In this document: one piece after another, positions 12,358 through 25,800 of the stretch
How positions within the stretch are numbered: the stretch's first letter is position 1
Layout of the letters: the number at the start of each line of letters is the position of its first letter
The notes under the pieces: model-generated
Database searches by the model: none
Told to the model about the DNA's origin: nothing
Seen by the model: the letters and a program-made list of their open reading frames with translations, nothing else
NCBI GenBank assembly: GCA_000708835.1
Contig: DF236953.1
Span: 45,971 to 109,970, forward strand
Direction of reading: 5' to 3'
Source: Klebsormidium nitens
Lineage: Eukaryota; Plantae; Klebsormidiophyceae
DNA: 64,000 bases
Position numbers and translations under genes: made by a program

Positions 12358-13762
12358 CAGCTTGAGAGCTCATCACATGGTAATCTAGAGAATTGACAAC
12401 TCACTTATGTGTAGATCATGCGAGCATCGACTGGTATTGATATTCTTGTTCATCTGGATGGTGGCTCAGGTGCAACTAGAGTAGAGCGTGACAAGTAGAA
12501 GTGCTTATAACCCGTCAAAAGGTCCGAAGTCATGATCTTTGTCTGTTGAATACATGTTCTTACTTTGTCGTTGGTCAGCTAGCCACGCAGGCAGGTCAGT
12601 GTACCTTTGCGCACTTGAATGGAGTTTGCAAACCGAAATGCGAAATGCGTACCTCTTCCAACTTAAGTGTAGAGAGCTATGCATGCACATGCTCGCGTAG
12701 AGAGAGCATCATCCGTTCAAATACTCGTCCTCTGGGATAGTAGAGTAATTCGAAAACAGGCGAGCGAGGTTGAAGCATTTCAAACGTATTGTGATGCGTC
12801 CACAGTGGGAAGCAGTCCCCGGGATACCGATGTTGTGGTCTGTTAACGATGTCAAACGTCTGAATCCTTGCTTATTCAATTGGAGGTTTTGTCGTGGACG
12901 GTCAGTGGACCCATTCCAAACGACTGGATCCTTGCTCATTTATTGGAAGTCGGCACTCAATCTGCTATAGCAGTCTACGCATCTACACAACATGACTTCA
13001 AGGTCCATGCCTGCTGCAAGTAGTGTGACTGCATTAGAATTGGTTGTTTACCTTTTCAAGCATCAGGTCGATCGAGGACCGCTTCGTGCATAGCCTGCTA
13101 ATTTTTCGAGTATCAAGGAGAAAAGTCTTTGCATGCACGATGCTAGCCCACGAAAACAGTTTCTTACTTTGCCATGCCAAGGTGATGTAAGGCGTGTGAC
13201 CACTTTTTGCACGTTTCAAGCAGAAGCATCGCACGATCGATCTGAATCATGTTTATATATAATTCACCATGATATTCACCTCGAGGGGCCGTCGCCTTCA
13301 GCGGCCGGCCTCTCTTGTGATGTACATCATGCATCGCATGCAGTGGTATGGGCTACTGAGGCGGCCGGCATGAGGCCGGCATGTACTGCTTACAATCTAG
13401 CAAGTCATGCAGTCAGATTTAGATGCACAAGGCTCAAGCTCCTGCCGCCCTGACGCTAACAGTTAACCCTCACAATCACCCTGTTCCGTGGTGCTCATGA
13501 TGCGCACGCAAACTCACCCTAAACCAAGCGAGCTTTCTCTCTGCAGTGCCTGCACCCGTCCCTAGCTGAGGCTAATCTGTACATCCAAAGTTCAAACCTT
13601 TCAGCGCCTGCTTAGAATCGCATTGTTGACGTGGCCGCCCGTCGCCTGCCGGCGGCCAAGCCCCTCTGTCCGCCCGGCCCCTGTATTTAAACGTGACCTG
13701 TTGTTCAATAATTTCTTCCAGCCGGGGAGCCCCCGGGGAGCGTGTGCAGTGTGCACTGTGGC

Positions 13763-13968
13763 CTTGAGCCTCCTCGGGCTAGCTCAGTTGGTTGAGTGTC
13801 GTGCTTAACCTAGCACACTAAAAGGGGTTGGACCGAAAGGTCGTGTGTTCGATTCTCGAACCCGGCCATCCGCTGCGGAAGGGGCGAGGATTCCCCTTTC
13901 GTTTGTCGGTGTGCTAGTCCCGGTGCTGCAGCTGATCAGCCCGGTGTGCCAGACTGTTCATACCTTTT
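13763..13968 (+). mobile_element. tRNA-derived SINE-like element (~205 bp) with 15-bp target-site duplication
   Basis: Pol III A box TAGCTCAGTTGGTTGAG and B box GTTCGATTC; acceptor and T stems are degenerate; ends in a T-run; flanked by identical AGTGTGCACTGTGGC at 13748-13762 and 13969-13983. Confidence 0.7.
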
Positions 13969-14806
13969 AGTGTGCACTGTGGCAACTCCCTTGCATGTCT
14001 CGTATTAGGGCCAGGGGCTTGTCTCCCAACTTGTCACAAGGTTCATAGGCCGGGGGACGGGTAGGGTTGGTTTCGTGGTTAGGGTGGGTAGGGGTGTGGA
14101 GCGCGTAAATTCTGGGTTAGGATTTTTTGTTTTGGTGCCCGGGGCTTCTGAATCAAGCCCCACGGGACACGGGAGTTGCCAGTACCCCGCGCGGGGAGAA
14201 GTTGAATTCGGAAGGTCAAGATTGTCGTCATGCTAACTTCTAAGGCACCAGGCTGTCGTGATCAGTGTGTGATTGGCTGAGCCAGTGGAAGTAAATGCCC
14301 GAGGCCAGGCAGCCAAGTGATCAATTATGCAGGTACAGTTTTGTTGCCTGCATCTTGGATGTGCATCATTGCTCTGTCCGTGGTAGGTTGTATGGCATTA
14401 ATGTATGCACTGTGCAGCCAAAGACTGATTGGTCTCTAGATACCAGAAGACGCGGTTTCGTTCCATTAGCTATATGGATAATTGAAGTCAAACGAAGCGC
14501 ATTATGCACAGATCCGGCACACTGCAACTTGGGCGCAAGGGGGCGAAGCTGTGTCAACCAACATACTAGCTCGCCCTCAGCTCGCCTCCCCAGCTAGGTT
14601 GATTACTTTTTGTTTCATCAGTGGATGCGCAGCTACCAGTCCAAGCACCAGATCTCATTTCATCATATCTTCCGAAGCGAGATTTCCACAAGCAAAACGG
14701 CTGAGTTATATGCTGAAGGACGCCACTGACAACTTTGTAGCTTTATCAACGACTTTCTGTTGGGCCCATTGACGATCTCTTTTCAGAGAAAGGGAGGCAG
14801 CTTTCG

Positions 14807-17800
14807 ATGGCGTTCAACTTCATCACCGCAGCAGCTTTGCTGCTGCTTAGCCTTGCTGGCATTGTCTCCAGCCAATCACGCCCCCAAACTGGTGAGTGGG
14901 AAGCTTTGAGCCAGCTCTGGGAAGCACGGCGCTGGAGTTGCCCATGCACTAAGAATTATCGAGTCACGAGTCTCCAAGATATTGTGTACTTTTCAAAATA
15001 TTGTTCTTTGACTTTCTGCAAAATGATCTGCCGCAAGGATTTTCGGGCTTAGTGGGGCTTTGAATGTGCTGGCATGAGGTACATGAGTTTGTATTGTTGT
15101 TGTGTGCATGCTTGTTCGAACAAGCACGCACACAATTCCTCGTCATTTCTTTGTTGTATTTACTTCTGGAGGGCTGCATTTGTCAGCTGTCAAGAACAAA
15201 ACGGTTGCGCGTCGAGATTCCTCTGCAGAGTTCACAAGATTGCAACCAATTCTGAACAGGCTTGTCTCAAACAAGATTGAGGACTTGAAGCGCAAAAGGT
15301 ATCATACTTCATTGATGTCATGTTTCTCAGCCCACTACAAAATAAGCGAGTCCTTCCTGACAATGTAGGAACATTGGAAAGTCCTAATTAATACCCCACT
15401 ACTCTCGTGTGAGCTGGTCACCCCTGCTCAGAGAACGCGTCATGCATGATGCATCATTTCAAGAGTGCCTTCACGCCAATCTGCTTCTCTTCGGAGCAGA
15501 ATCTATCAAGATGAGGGGAATCCAGCAGTTTTCCAAGGGTCGCCAAAGCCATGTCATTCTGCAAACATTTGATTTGAGTTGGTCAGCCAAAGTATATTCC
15601 CCTGACGTTTCGGAAGATGCAGATCTTACCCTGTGCATAGTACCGTTGCTGGCGTCAAAATGGGCCTTGCTGCCACTGGAGTCAGCACTCGCCCCCAGAG
15701 CTTTTGATTGGAAATGTAGATGTCGACATTCTTGTGCATCCATAATTAAGTACTCGGCTGGCTGCGGTGCGTGCAGGTTGCTTCCCCGTTGACCGGGTTG
15801 GGTCAGGCCAGATTCCGAATGTGCAACAAGCCCTCTATCAGTATAGTCAGCGTTTTAACGACTTCACCGGACACTTTCCGCCTGGAACAACTGCAGTAGT
15901 ATTTTGTCAAACTGGTACGTGGGACCCTAATTTCCCTCTGGGAACGGGGCGGTCATCTCTGGTGTGCCGTCAAAACGGTGACACATACGATTGGGGATTA
16001 CCTATTGTATGCGTACGTAAGTCGCAGTCACCTTGGGAGTTGCCGATTCCTGCTTTTGATGCAATACGGGTCTGCTGACTTTTTGTAAAATGTTGAGCTA
16101 AAATGTTCCTACCCTCTTGCCCCTTTGTATTGGGGGTTTACAACTAAGGAGATCACAGCAGCACTGGTTTTCAGATTGATTGAACAAACACGCTGGGACG
16201 TCACTTATTCAAGGCTTGTGGGTTGGTGGCAAAAATGGATGCTGCGAGCATTTCAATGTTTGGGGGATTGGGCTTATCTGCCTATCTGCTGCAGTTTATG
16301 GCCGCGTGCATTATGCAAATCTGATGCGGCCTCACCTCATATCATCGTAGCTTTTCCACCTTGCAGAAAGCGCCTGTGGTAGCATTATTAATAAGGGTTC
16401 CGAACGCGTCTTCTATGACGGCAAGCGCGGTGAGAGGGGCTCCTCAGGCTTCTCAGGCGGTGTGATCGCCACTTGCGGGGTTGACCCTTCGATAAGTGCT
16501 GTTTGTACCGGGCAAGGCTGGATTCCAAACAGCATTCAGTGTGGTAAGTGACTCAATAGTCGACCCGGCTCTCTTAATCGAGAACAGTCGGACCAAAGTT
16601 GACGGTTCTCTTTTGTCGGATCGGTATTTCAAATCAGTTGGCTTTGAAATGTCAATGCAGATCACTCGGGTCAGGCAGAAAAGCTTTGATGATGTGCTAA
16701 GATCTGTCTGGATAACTTGCAATTGGGAATGCCACTCCCTTTGCTCACTAGCGTACTTTTCACCTCTGAGGTTCGTCTAAATTAGGGAGAGCGATTGTTG
16801 ATTGGTCTCTATGTACGGTAGCTCTGTACCACTAACCACCTACCTGACCCACCCTAGGCCCCAGTCGGTTACCTGAACATTGCCAGCTTATGGTGGTCTC
16901 TCTTGACCCCAAATCCTGTACTTCCTCAGGACCCATACACTACCATGGATGCCTGCCGCCCGCAAGGGGAGGCGACGGCGGGCCTCTCTGGCAGTACAAC
17001 CACGACTTTGACGCAACCACGGGCCGTTACCCCATAGGGACAGCTCTGTCCGCCACGTGCTTGACCGGATACACAATTTCGGACCGCGAAGCACGCGGCG
17101 CTTGTAAATTCGACACGTTACAGTGGACGGGGACGGCGACGAAAGTGGAATGCAGTAAGCCACCTAGACCGGCTCGTCTTGATCGGAGTCTTCACGAGTC
17201 GGACCCCTCCAAAGGTCGCAACTAGTGTGCTTTGTCAATCTTCGACCCTGAATTCCTTTTCACATTTTGAGTCGCGAGAGAGGCCAGCGATATGAAGTTG
17301 AAGTACTGAAGTCCAGTGCCATGTGCAGCCTTAAAGTAGAGAAGCGTTGAGTTGTTGCAGCCTCGCATGCTCCAGCTTTATGATGGCCTCCCACATTACT
17401 TCGAAGCTCGAACCAAACGTGCTACTTACCCTCAACAATCAGTAATACAACGGAAAAAGAATAAGCAGATCGCTTTGCACTTTTGCATTTTGAAGCTTGT
17501 TTTTGAAAATGGAGTGATCTAGCGAAAGGCTGCATGCTGCCCCTTGGGGAGAAGTCTCAATGCCCAAAGCCTTTTGAGAACTTGAAAGCGTCGACTCTAA
17601 AACTTGCGGAGGAGTTCTCCACTGCAGTTCCTGGCTGCCCGTCTATCAGGGTCAACGGAGCAGGCAGAGTGTTTTACTCGGGCACTCTGGGCAGTAACTC
17701 CCGCTACTCGGGCGGTACGAAGGTTACGTGCGGGAGCAACCCGGCAAACACTGCCACTTGCTCGACCAACGGCAACTTTTGGACCCCGTCGTCAATAGAC

Positions 17801-20800
17801 TGCGGTAAGCTAGACGTCTTTTCAACTTAGCATTAGTAAGCTCTAGCAATAGTAAGCTCCTGCGCTAACGCTAAAAATCCAACCCACAAAACCACCCCCT
17901 CCGCACTTGAACCCACCCTGACCCCCAAACTAACCCCACCCGTCCCAGGCTGGTTACCTTACTATTGCTTAAAAATGGATTTTTGTAAGCGAGGGCGATA
18001 GAATGCTGAACGCAGACCTAGGTCAGCTTGTGAGCCCCGTCTTTGAATCTGGAGTTCGCACGGAAGGCCCACAGTTAAGAGAATCGGGATAAGAGAAAGG
18101 AGGACAGGGAATTCTGCGCTAATTACGGAGTTGATTGATCGAGACAGCTTCGTTCGGAAGGTTCAGGGTTTGAGAGCCCTCTTTTTTATTCACTTGCGAA
18201 CGAATAACAGCTGAACTGTTGCGCTCTCGCTCGAAATCCCGGGATCTGCGGGTAAACCCATATCTTGTTCAACCATAGCCGTGGCAAACCGGTTATGGCA
18301 AAGCGATTCATTGTCTAACAGAGCTTGCCCAAACGTTGTGCAGCGGCCTCGGCCTGCGGTAAAAACGACCCCCATTTCGAGCTGACGGGTCTAGCCACAA
18401 ATGAGACGTTCACATTCGACTTCCACGGGCAGAGCCAGAGAGCTACTGCGCTGTCACGGATACGCGCCTGGCGGTGAGTCGCCCCGCTGAGGCCGCGACA
18501 ATAACTTCCTTCAAAGGATGTAATTCTAAAATTTTCTTCACTAAGAGGGATCTGTTAAGATGTGCTTGGAACAGCCAACGTTTGTGCCTCTCTACATGAG
18601 GTTTCCTTTTCCGCTTTGCTGCTGAACCAAGAGCGAAGCTGATTTTGAGAGGAGCGTGCGCTGTCCCCGGTATACACCCGCAGATGACGTGCCGATGGTC
18701 TCAACAAGAAACCCTCGAAAGTGGAACGCTGTTTTTGTGTATTCGCCTGATAATCGATCGCATATCTCCGTCCTTTTTGGCAGCTCAATGTGCGCATGTT
18801 CGGCCTTTCCCCGGGCACGACGATCCTCTCGCCCCGCCCAACGGAGGACGACGACCCGTTCTTCGAAGGCACGTGGATGGACGCACTGGGCATCCTGTAC
18901 GCTGACGTCAGCGGGGAGGAGCGTGACGTCAGCGTCGTCATGGACCCGGACCTGGACCGGGCCGGCCGGCCGTCGCTGTCCGTAGCGTTCCAGGGCGAAG
19001 CCGTCGCCGACTATAGAGTGGGTTTTGGCGGGTTTAAAAGGAGCCCTTCCTTATAAAACCCATCTTAAGTCCGTCGGTTGATCAGGTTGTTTTTGTTTGT
19101 AACCATCTACAGAGACGGAGCAGCTTATTGTGCCGGGAAGGCCCCGTTTTCCGGTCACGGGAAAGCGCGAGAAACTCCGTGCCTCTGAGCGGCCGACACG
19201 TCGACCGCCTGTTCGAACCCGAACTTCGGCAGACTTTCTCTCGGGGTCTGTCTTGGTTTGTCTCCGGTTTGGTAGACTTATTTTGGAGGAAGCGCTCAGA
19301 ACTCTGAACTGGTCACTTCGAATGGGCGCTTTATATTTAACAGGCTGCAGCTTGGCCGCTCACCGGGACAGGAAAACTTAACAATATCAGATGTCTTCAA
19401 AAAAGACTTTGAAAACAGGGACAGGTCTTGCTCGTTCCGAATCAAGCGCTTGCTTCATGTGACCATTTAACGAAATACGAAGTCACCTCAACTTCTTCAG
19501 ACCATGTGTCTTACGCGGCATTACTTTAATGAGACGTTCGAAGTTCAAATGAAGCAGGCTGACTTCCTCCTCATATGCAGGCAACGGGAGAAAAACACGA
19601 TCAAATGCAACTTCACACCCTTTGATTACCTCAACTGCCCGTCACGGATCCCGCTTCAAAGCAGGATATAACCCCATGTTGCCAGCTGGCGCTTCTGGAG
19701 CTCATCGCCTAACCGGATTCTCGAGCAGGGCCAACTCAATGCCATGTGGACTAGCCCAGACGGCGCCACGTCCATCACGCGCGAATTCATCAACGGCTCC
19801 GACACCATGAAGGTTGTCATCGCCGGACTTCTGGACATCGACATCGTGACGAGCCGTGAACAAGAACTACTTGCCGATCCCCCGATCCACTTCCTCAACT
19901 TCTTCATCAACTCAATGGCGGTCGGGCCGTCGGTTCACGGGGTGAGAACCGCATCCTTAACTCTTAGAAACACGTTAGACCCCCCTCCTTCAACCCAGTC
20001 TAGCTAGATAACTCAACCGAGCCTGGAAAAGGGTTCGTTTCTTTTGGAGTGGTTCGAAAGCAGGGGAAGTATGCCACCCTTCTAAAGAGGGGAAGCCTTT
20101 CCAAGATGTATATCGATGCTCACCGGCGCACTCGGTAAAGGAGGGTTTCCAAGCCAGCACACTTCAATGATGCACTCGCATCTGTCAGCGAAACTTGATG
20201 TGCTGTTCTATTTCAAAAGCGTACCTGGCTGAAAGCGCCCCTGAGCCCCTTTGATCACATCCTGTTCGCTGCGAAAATTCAAACGCTTTTATCTGCCTTT
20301 TTGCTCATGTTTACTTGACGATTTGATCTTTTCTTTCAGGCTTCGGTTTCCATAAACGACCGCGCCAGACTCTGCTTGCTTGGGTAGATGACACTTTTAA
20401 GCATATATTCAACACAGCATATATTGGAAGTTCGCCACTTTGCGAGAGATGACTCCGCCAGCAACTTTCAAACCTCTCCCTCTTTCTGCATACGCGAGAA
20501 GTAGTGTAGTTCTGCTCGGCAACTAGTAGTCAAGTGTTAACCGCGCGGCTAATCCATTCTTTCGGGCGTCATCAGTTTCTGCGCCAGACGAACGCACTGC
20601 TTGGCAGTCAGTAAGTCACCAGTTAAGCGCGTCTAACCCAATTATTTGGGCGATCTCAGGTCCTACGGCCAGATTGTACGCCCAAGGTAGCTAGTGAGTT
20701 AACCCCGCCCCTAACCGGGTAATTTGGGCGTCCTGAGATTTTGAGCCAAATGTACATCCAAGATAGTTAGTGATATAACCCTGCCACTAACCCGGTGCTC

Positions 20801-21805
20801 TGGGCGTCCTCAGTTTTTGGGCCAGATGTACGCCCCGGGCGCTGTGGAAGACCGACTGGCGATGGGCACGCTCGAGGGACTGCGCCACCGCGAGTACGTC
20901 GAGGGGACGGACGACGACTACCAGACGTCAGCGCTGACGTCACCCGACTGCAGCTTCAACCGCTTCGGACAGGTGCGGACAGTCAATAGATCTTCTAATT
21001 GGGCTTCTTCACAATCTTCTCGTCACGTGTATTGTTTGCGTTGCGTCTAGTTAAGGAAGGGATGGGTCAGTGGACTGGGGGAATGGTCACCTGACGTCAG
21101 GCATGACGTCACCACAATGCAGCTTCAATCGGTCTGAGCAGGTGCAGGGAGCTTGGTTCCTTCGTCGAGTTTTGGAAGCAGGACGATCACGTTTGTAAAC
21201 CGGGCCCGGAGTTTCAGTCCTGGCGGGCTACCTGTCGACGGCGAGCGTGACGTCACCTTTCTGCTGCCAACTCGACAGACCCAAAACTTTATACGCTTGA
21301 GCGCTGACTCTCGGCTCTAGTTCGCGTCTGGTTCGAGTTTCCTCACACTGCATTCCAGGCACCCAACGGTGGCGGGGAACTCTCCAACGTGACTGCTGTG
21401 GGCGACAGCTCACTCGTCCGGAGCAACGACGGCCCGCGGCGGCTCTTGCGCGCACTCGATTCCGGGCGCACAATCGCGCCGTCGGCCCGCTGCCGCAGGC
21501 TGGAGAACCGCAACGCTTTTGAGTGCGCGCTTGGTGAAGCTGCGTGCGCAAAGTGTTCGATCTCGATTAGATGCTTTATCAAGGGAAGTGCCAGGACCGG
21601 GACGACGGGTGGGGTTGGCTTGAGGACTTCGATCAAGGTGGGTACGCGTGTGGAGGGGATCATTTCTAGATCAATAGATCAAGGTGTTGGGTTTGCTTTT
21701 CGCTCGAGCACAATCCTTAGTCAACATGGAATCGAGTCTGGGTGCGGAGCAGGTCGATTTGGATTGAGGTTTTTAGTTTGCTTTTCTCCCGAGCACAATC
21801 CTTAG
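14807..21805 (+). CDS. Secreted protein, copy 1: signal peptide + 4 sushi/CCP-like modules + root-cap (PF06830-like, VWD-like) domain; probable pseudogene or assembly error. Exons 14807-14891, 15777-16016, 16367-16543, 16930-17154, 17628-17804, 18344-18473, 18784-19017, ~19700-19941, 20814-20972, 21359-21805
   Basis: Hydrophobic leader MAFNFITAAALLLLSLAGIVSS; four 4-Cys modules ending W-x(4-8)-C; root-cap motifs NDPHF...FDFHG...YCAVTD, LNVRMFG, TWMDALGIL, HG|FLGQMY, YQTSALTSPDCSFNRF. Exon 18344-18473 is 1 nt short relative to the paralogue. The 3' end is uncertain. Confidence 0.75.
17846..17968. mobile_element. Second copy of the MITE family
   Basis: TIR GCAATAGTAAG (17846-17856) / CTTACTATTGC (17958-17968) shares the ATAGTAAG core with the 2012-2151 copy; same internal acccaccctgacccccaaactaaccccacccgtccc motif. 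Confidence 0.65.
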
Positions 21806-22729
21806 TCAACGTAGAATCAAAAGTGTCTGGAGGGGAAGCTCGCACGGGGCCTGACATAGGGTGCTCCACACTCGGGTGGGTTTGAATATCAACTGTGAAC
21901 TCCGCGTTCCGCGGCGTTGTTTTTTACAAGCTTCTCTAGATCAAGGTTAGTCATGGAGACATACGACCAGATTGCGAGACTGGTCGAGCGTACGTAGATC
22001 GATTCTGTAAGGAGCAATTTCTAATTTCTAAGCAATAGCGATGAACACTATAAACGCCTGCCCTGTTTGAGATTGGCCGTTTGATACTCACCCGCTAAGT
22101 CTCCCGAATGTATGACCACAGCGCTTTCAAGCCTCTCCATGTGCACGTTTGAGACCGTCAAGATCTCAAACCGGGAATTGTGATCAATCTCAAGCCACGG
22201 TCGAGACCAAGCGCGTTCTCATGCACATGCTAGCTATATCGCAACAGCGGAACTGCGAAAATGATGAGAAAGCAAGCCCGGTCATGATCATGAATGGAAT
22301 ATAGGCGAAGAGCATCATTGCATGCACTAAGAAAGTCAAACTTGCAGGGGCACTTTCGCATCTTCAACCGTATGCTTGAATTGGCGCCGCCGTCCCCTCA
22401 GACATAGCCACACCGTGACCGCATGAGCGGACTAGTAGTCCCGATCGGTAAACTTGGATTGAGCAAAGCACCAATGGCAATAGAGCCACAGGTCAAGAAG
22501 CTCAATATGCGGGAAAGTATGCACATGTGATCGGACTTCACAAAATTACCTTCAAATCCAATTGGACCCGAGTCCGACATTCCTAGACGCGCGGCAACCG
22601 CGCGCGAGTGACCAGAGTCGCCTGCAGAATCACGAAACGTCTCACGTTGAAACGTGCTTATAGCCTTACTAAGCAGATAATCTTTCCCTTAGGATTTCCA
22701 AAGGCAACACCTGTCTTCAGAAGACACTT

Positions 22730-22826
22730 GCCGCCTGCTTAAATGCATGTCGTCGAGTCCCTGAAGGATTCTGCGAATGTAGTGAAGAACGAAGACGCCG
22801 CAGTCCTCCGACGCATCCGCCTGCAA
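22730..22826 (-). pseudogene. Possible Ulp1/C48 protease-like exon fragment
   Basis: After a TTGCAG acceptor it reads ADASEDCGVFVLHYIRRIL, resembling the QxNxxDCGVF catalytic-Cys motif. Upstream His/Asp motifs were not found. Confidence 0.3.
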
Positions 22827-25800
22827 GAATCTCAGAAGTGTCATTGATATCTTTAGCCCTCCGGTTAGACTCGATCCGTGGAAATGACGCAAGCCCTTAT
22901 CTCCAAGGTTTTTCTTGTCCTCAGACTACCCATCAACGAGTACTGCGTCAAGAGCTCAAAGCACTCGGAACACGTGCATGGTATCTGTGATGATGCTTGA
23001 TTCCTGAAGTTAAGTGCTTTTCAGGATTTGACATCTCCAATACCGGTTCCAATTCGGTAGAAAAGTGGAAGTTTAAAAGCTCCCCTCAGTCCATTGCAAA
23101 AAGAATCTGGATGGGACAGATGAGGGGCTTGGGGAGCGGGCAGAACGGCAATACAGACTGAGCAAGAGAAAACACCGAGAAGAACCGTTTGCGGGGCAGG
23201 GCGGAATCATGCAGCTACGGGCCGGAAACGGAAGAGGGGCGCTCGGAGTACTGGCGAGCCCCGGTACTCGAGAAAGAACCGGGGCGCGGTCCGGAAGCCG
23301 GGGTTTCTCGGGCTGAGAACGGAGCAGGATTGCCCAAGTGGATGAGCGGACCGTGGAAACAGGAGCAGAAGTGCTCGGGGATGCCCCGGGAAAATGGACA
23401 GAATCCAGGAGCCGGGGGAGAAGTGGAACGTGGGCGCCCGGGGCCAATGGTCGGAACCAGAAAGACCCAGGGTATGGACGGAAGTGGGGCGGACCCAAAG
23501 TGGAAACGGAACGGGGGCGGCCGGAAATGTAAACGGAACGGCGCTGTCGCCTGGGACGGACGGAATAGGGGTACCCCGGGGGTATGACGGAAGCGGGGCG
23601 CCCCGAGAAACAGAAGGAGCCAAGAGACCACGGTGCAGACAAAGAAGAGGGACGCCAGACTGGATAAGGCCGGAAAGCCCCGGGGCACGCAGGGAACGGA
23701 ACCGCCCTGAGGGCGAGACGGACGGAAGTGAAGAGGCCCAGGGCAGAAATGGAACCGGGTCTCCCCGGCGGACGGGTGGCAGCGGGAAATCTAGGGGAAC
23801 GGAGCGGAAGGGGCCCGGGCGCCTGGGGGAATGGACGACACCACACAACCCTGGGAACGAAAGGGAACATTCCACCCCCAGAAAAAAATCCCTTTTGAAG
23901 GATGCGCTGCCCAACAAGCCCGTTCGAATCTTGATAAAAGGAGGATTCGGATAATATAGACTGTACATGTTTCGGGCAGGCGGGCACCAATACGATCCAC
24001 GAGTCAGCAGCAGCTACAGGATATCGATATCGGATCCGGCGTAGAAACGTTTCACAACCTGTCACAGCAGAACATGCTAGGTCGAAATCTTGATTAATTA
24101 CAAATTACTGTAAAGAGGCACTTGTTAACTCAACGGCAGGTTGAAAAAGTCAACTCCGCTTCGGGTTGTACGCCTGCCGGGGCCTCCTCGAGTTGCCCGG
24201 CTCAGTTTTCAATGTAGTTTCTTTCGAAGCAGCGTTCTGACGGACTGATTGATGATTGCCTGGCTCTCATGTACTTGAAGTGTGCATGCAAAAAAGTCCC
24301 CTGAGACAGAACGCTGGAAACACGCGAGCATAATGAAGAAAACAAACAAGCAACGGTTGACTGGATAGTTACCTTAGGGGGGCACGAAAGTACTTGGAAA
24401 GCTTCCTGCTCTTGACGTTGTTTTACCAGCTTTTGAAGGAGCCTGCTGATAGTTGGTATCCTGACGTTGCCGAGATTCATGGCGGCCGCGACGCTACTGA
24501 GGTCGCATAACTATGTCGCGGCCGCGCTGCGCGCCTAAACCCTGAGCCCAACCTGAATTTCTTTCCACAAGAGCAGACCGATGACAGGCAACGGCATCAG
24601 CACTCCGCTTCACGGCTTCTGTGCTCCTTCTGTGACTCTGAAATTCCTACATGGTATGCTAGACCTCTAATTCTTCTTTCTACAATGTTTTCCAGAGAAG
24701 CCCGGACGGTCACTGCCACTGATCCAGTCAATAGGCCCAAGCGCCACCAGAAAGTCCAGAAGGAGATGAGCAATCCAGCTTCCGCCTCGTCAGGTTCACA
24801 ATCTTATTACCTCACCACGTCATTAAGGCGTCCATTCCCCGCGAAGGTGACAAGACATTGGCGGCGGTGTCGCGTCGCCCCCGCGGCGCGTCGCCGCGCA
24901 ACATCTAGACGGTCCGCTTCTCCCTTCCCCCCTGGTGGATCTGCACCCGCCCCATTTCTGTCCGGCTCCAGACAGGACTGCATCCGCGCCCCCCGTTCTG
25001 CTGCTCATGCTCCCCGGAAAACACTGCCCCGTGACGTCAGCGGCACGCATGAAGGGGTGCCATTTGGCTTGGACGCTTGACATCAAAGTCCCTCTCCATC
25101 GAGTGTGGCCCTGCAATACCAGCACATCTTGAAGTAGGTCTTTTCAAAATCACCGGTTTGAACCAGGTAAACGGCTTGCAGCCTTCCGTAATAGTGTTCC
25201 ACATGAGCTGCCCCCTTTCCGAAAGCAGAAGTTCCGCTTTCACGCCGGAGTCCTGGGTCACTCTAATTCCTTCATAAATTTGAACTGGACGCTGTGAGCG
25301 GAAGTGGCAACGTAGAAGGGTGACGTGCTCGTAGAGCGCGGCTAATCATGGCCCGCAGGTCCATAAGCCAGACTCCGCAACTTGTCACTCAAGCAGAGGC
25401 CACTTGCTGCAATCCAGTCTGGGAGAAGCTTTGGGAACTTCTGAAGCGGCGCCGGATACCTCAATGCAGTATGTTGATGGCAAAATATATATTGGCGTTG
25501 ACGAGGGAGGGCATGCTGTACTTTACTGAACGGTCGGAACTCCACGTGCACCTTCTTTAAGGAGGTCCGAAAAAGCAGGCTTGTGATGCGAACAAGAGCT
25601 AAGGAATACAAAGGCATGAAGCACGCGTCTAATCTATCTACCTGGTACGCGAACGTGCAGCCATGGAAACGTGCTATCAATTGCATGCTGGCCTGAATCG
25701 CGTTCACAATGAGTTCAATTCTTATCATCCTGGGAATATATATAGCTCGATGATTTTCTCAAGATATCTTGCGTCTTTTCGTCTACGTCTTTCTGCCTAA

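Noticed and set aside
13774-13870. Functional tRNA gene with an intron
   Set aside because: T-stem and acceptor-stem pairing are broken, and the element has a non-tRNA tail and TSDs, so it was treated as a SINE.
23073-24065. Long overlapping ORFs (330, 253, 186, 157 aa) on both strands
   Set aside because: Low-complexity GC-rich, purine-skewed sequence lacking stop codons; Pro/Arg/Ser/Gly-biased translations with no motifs.
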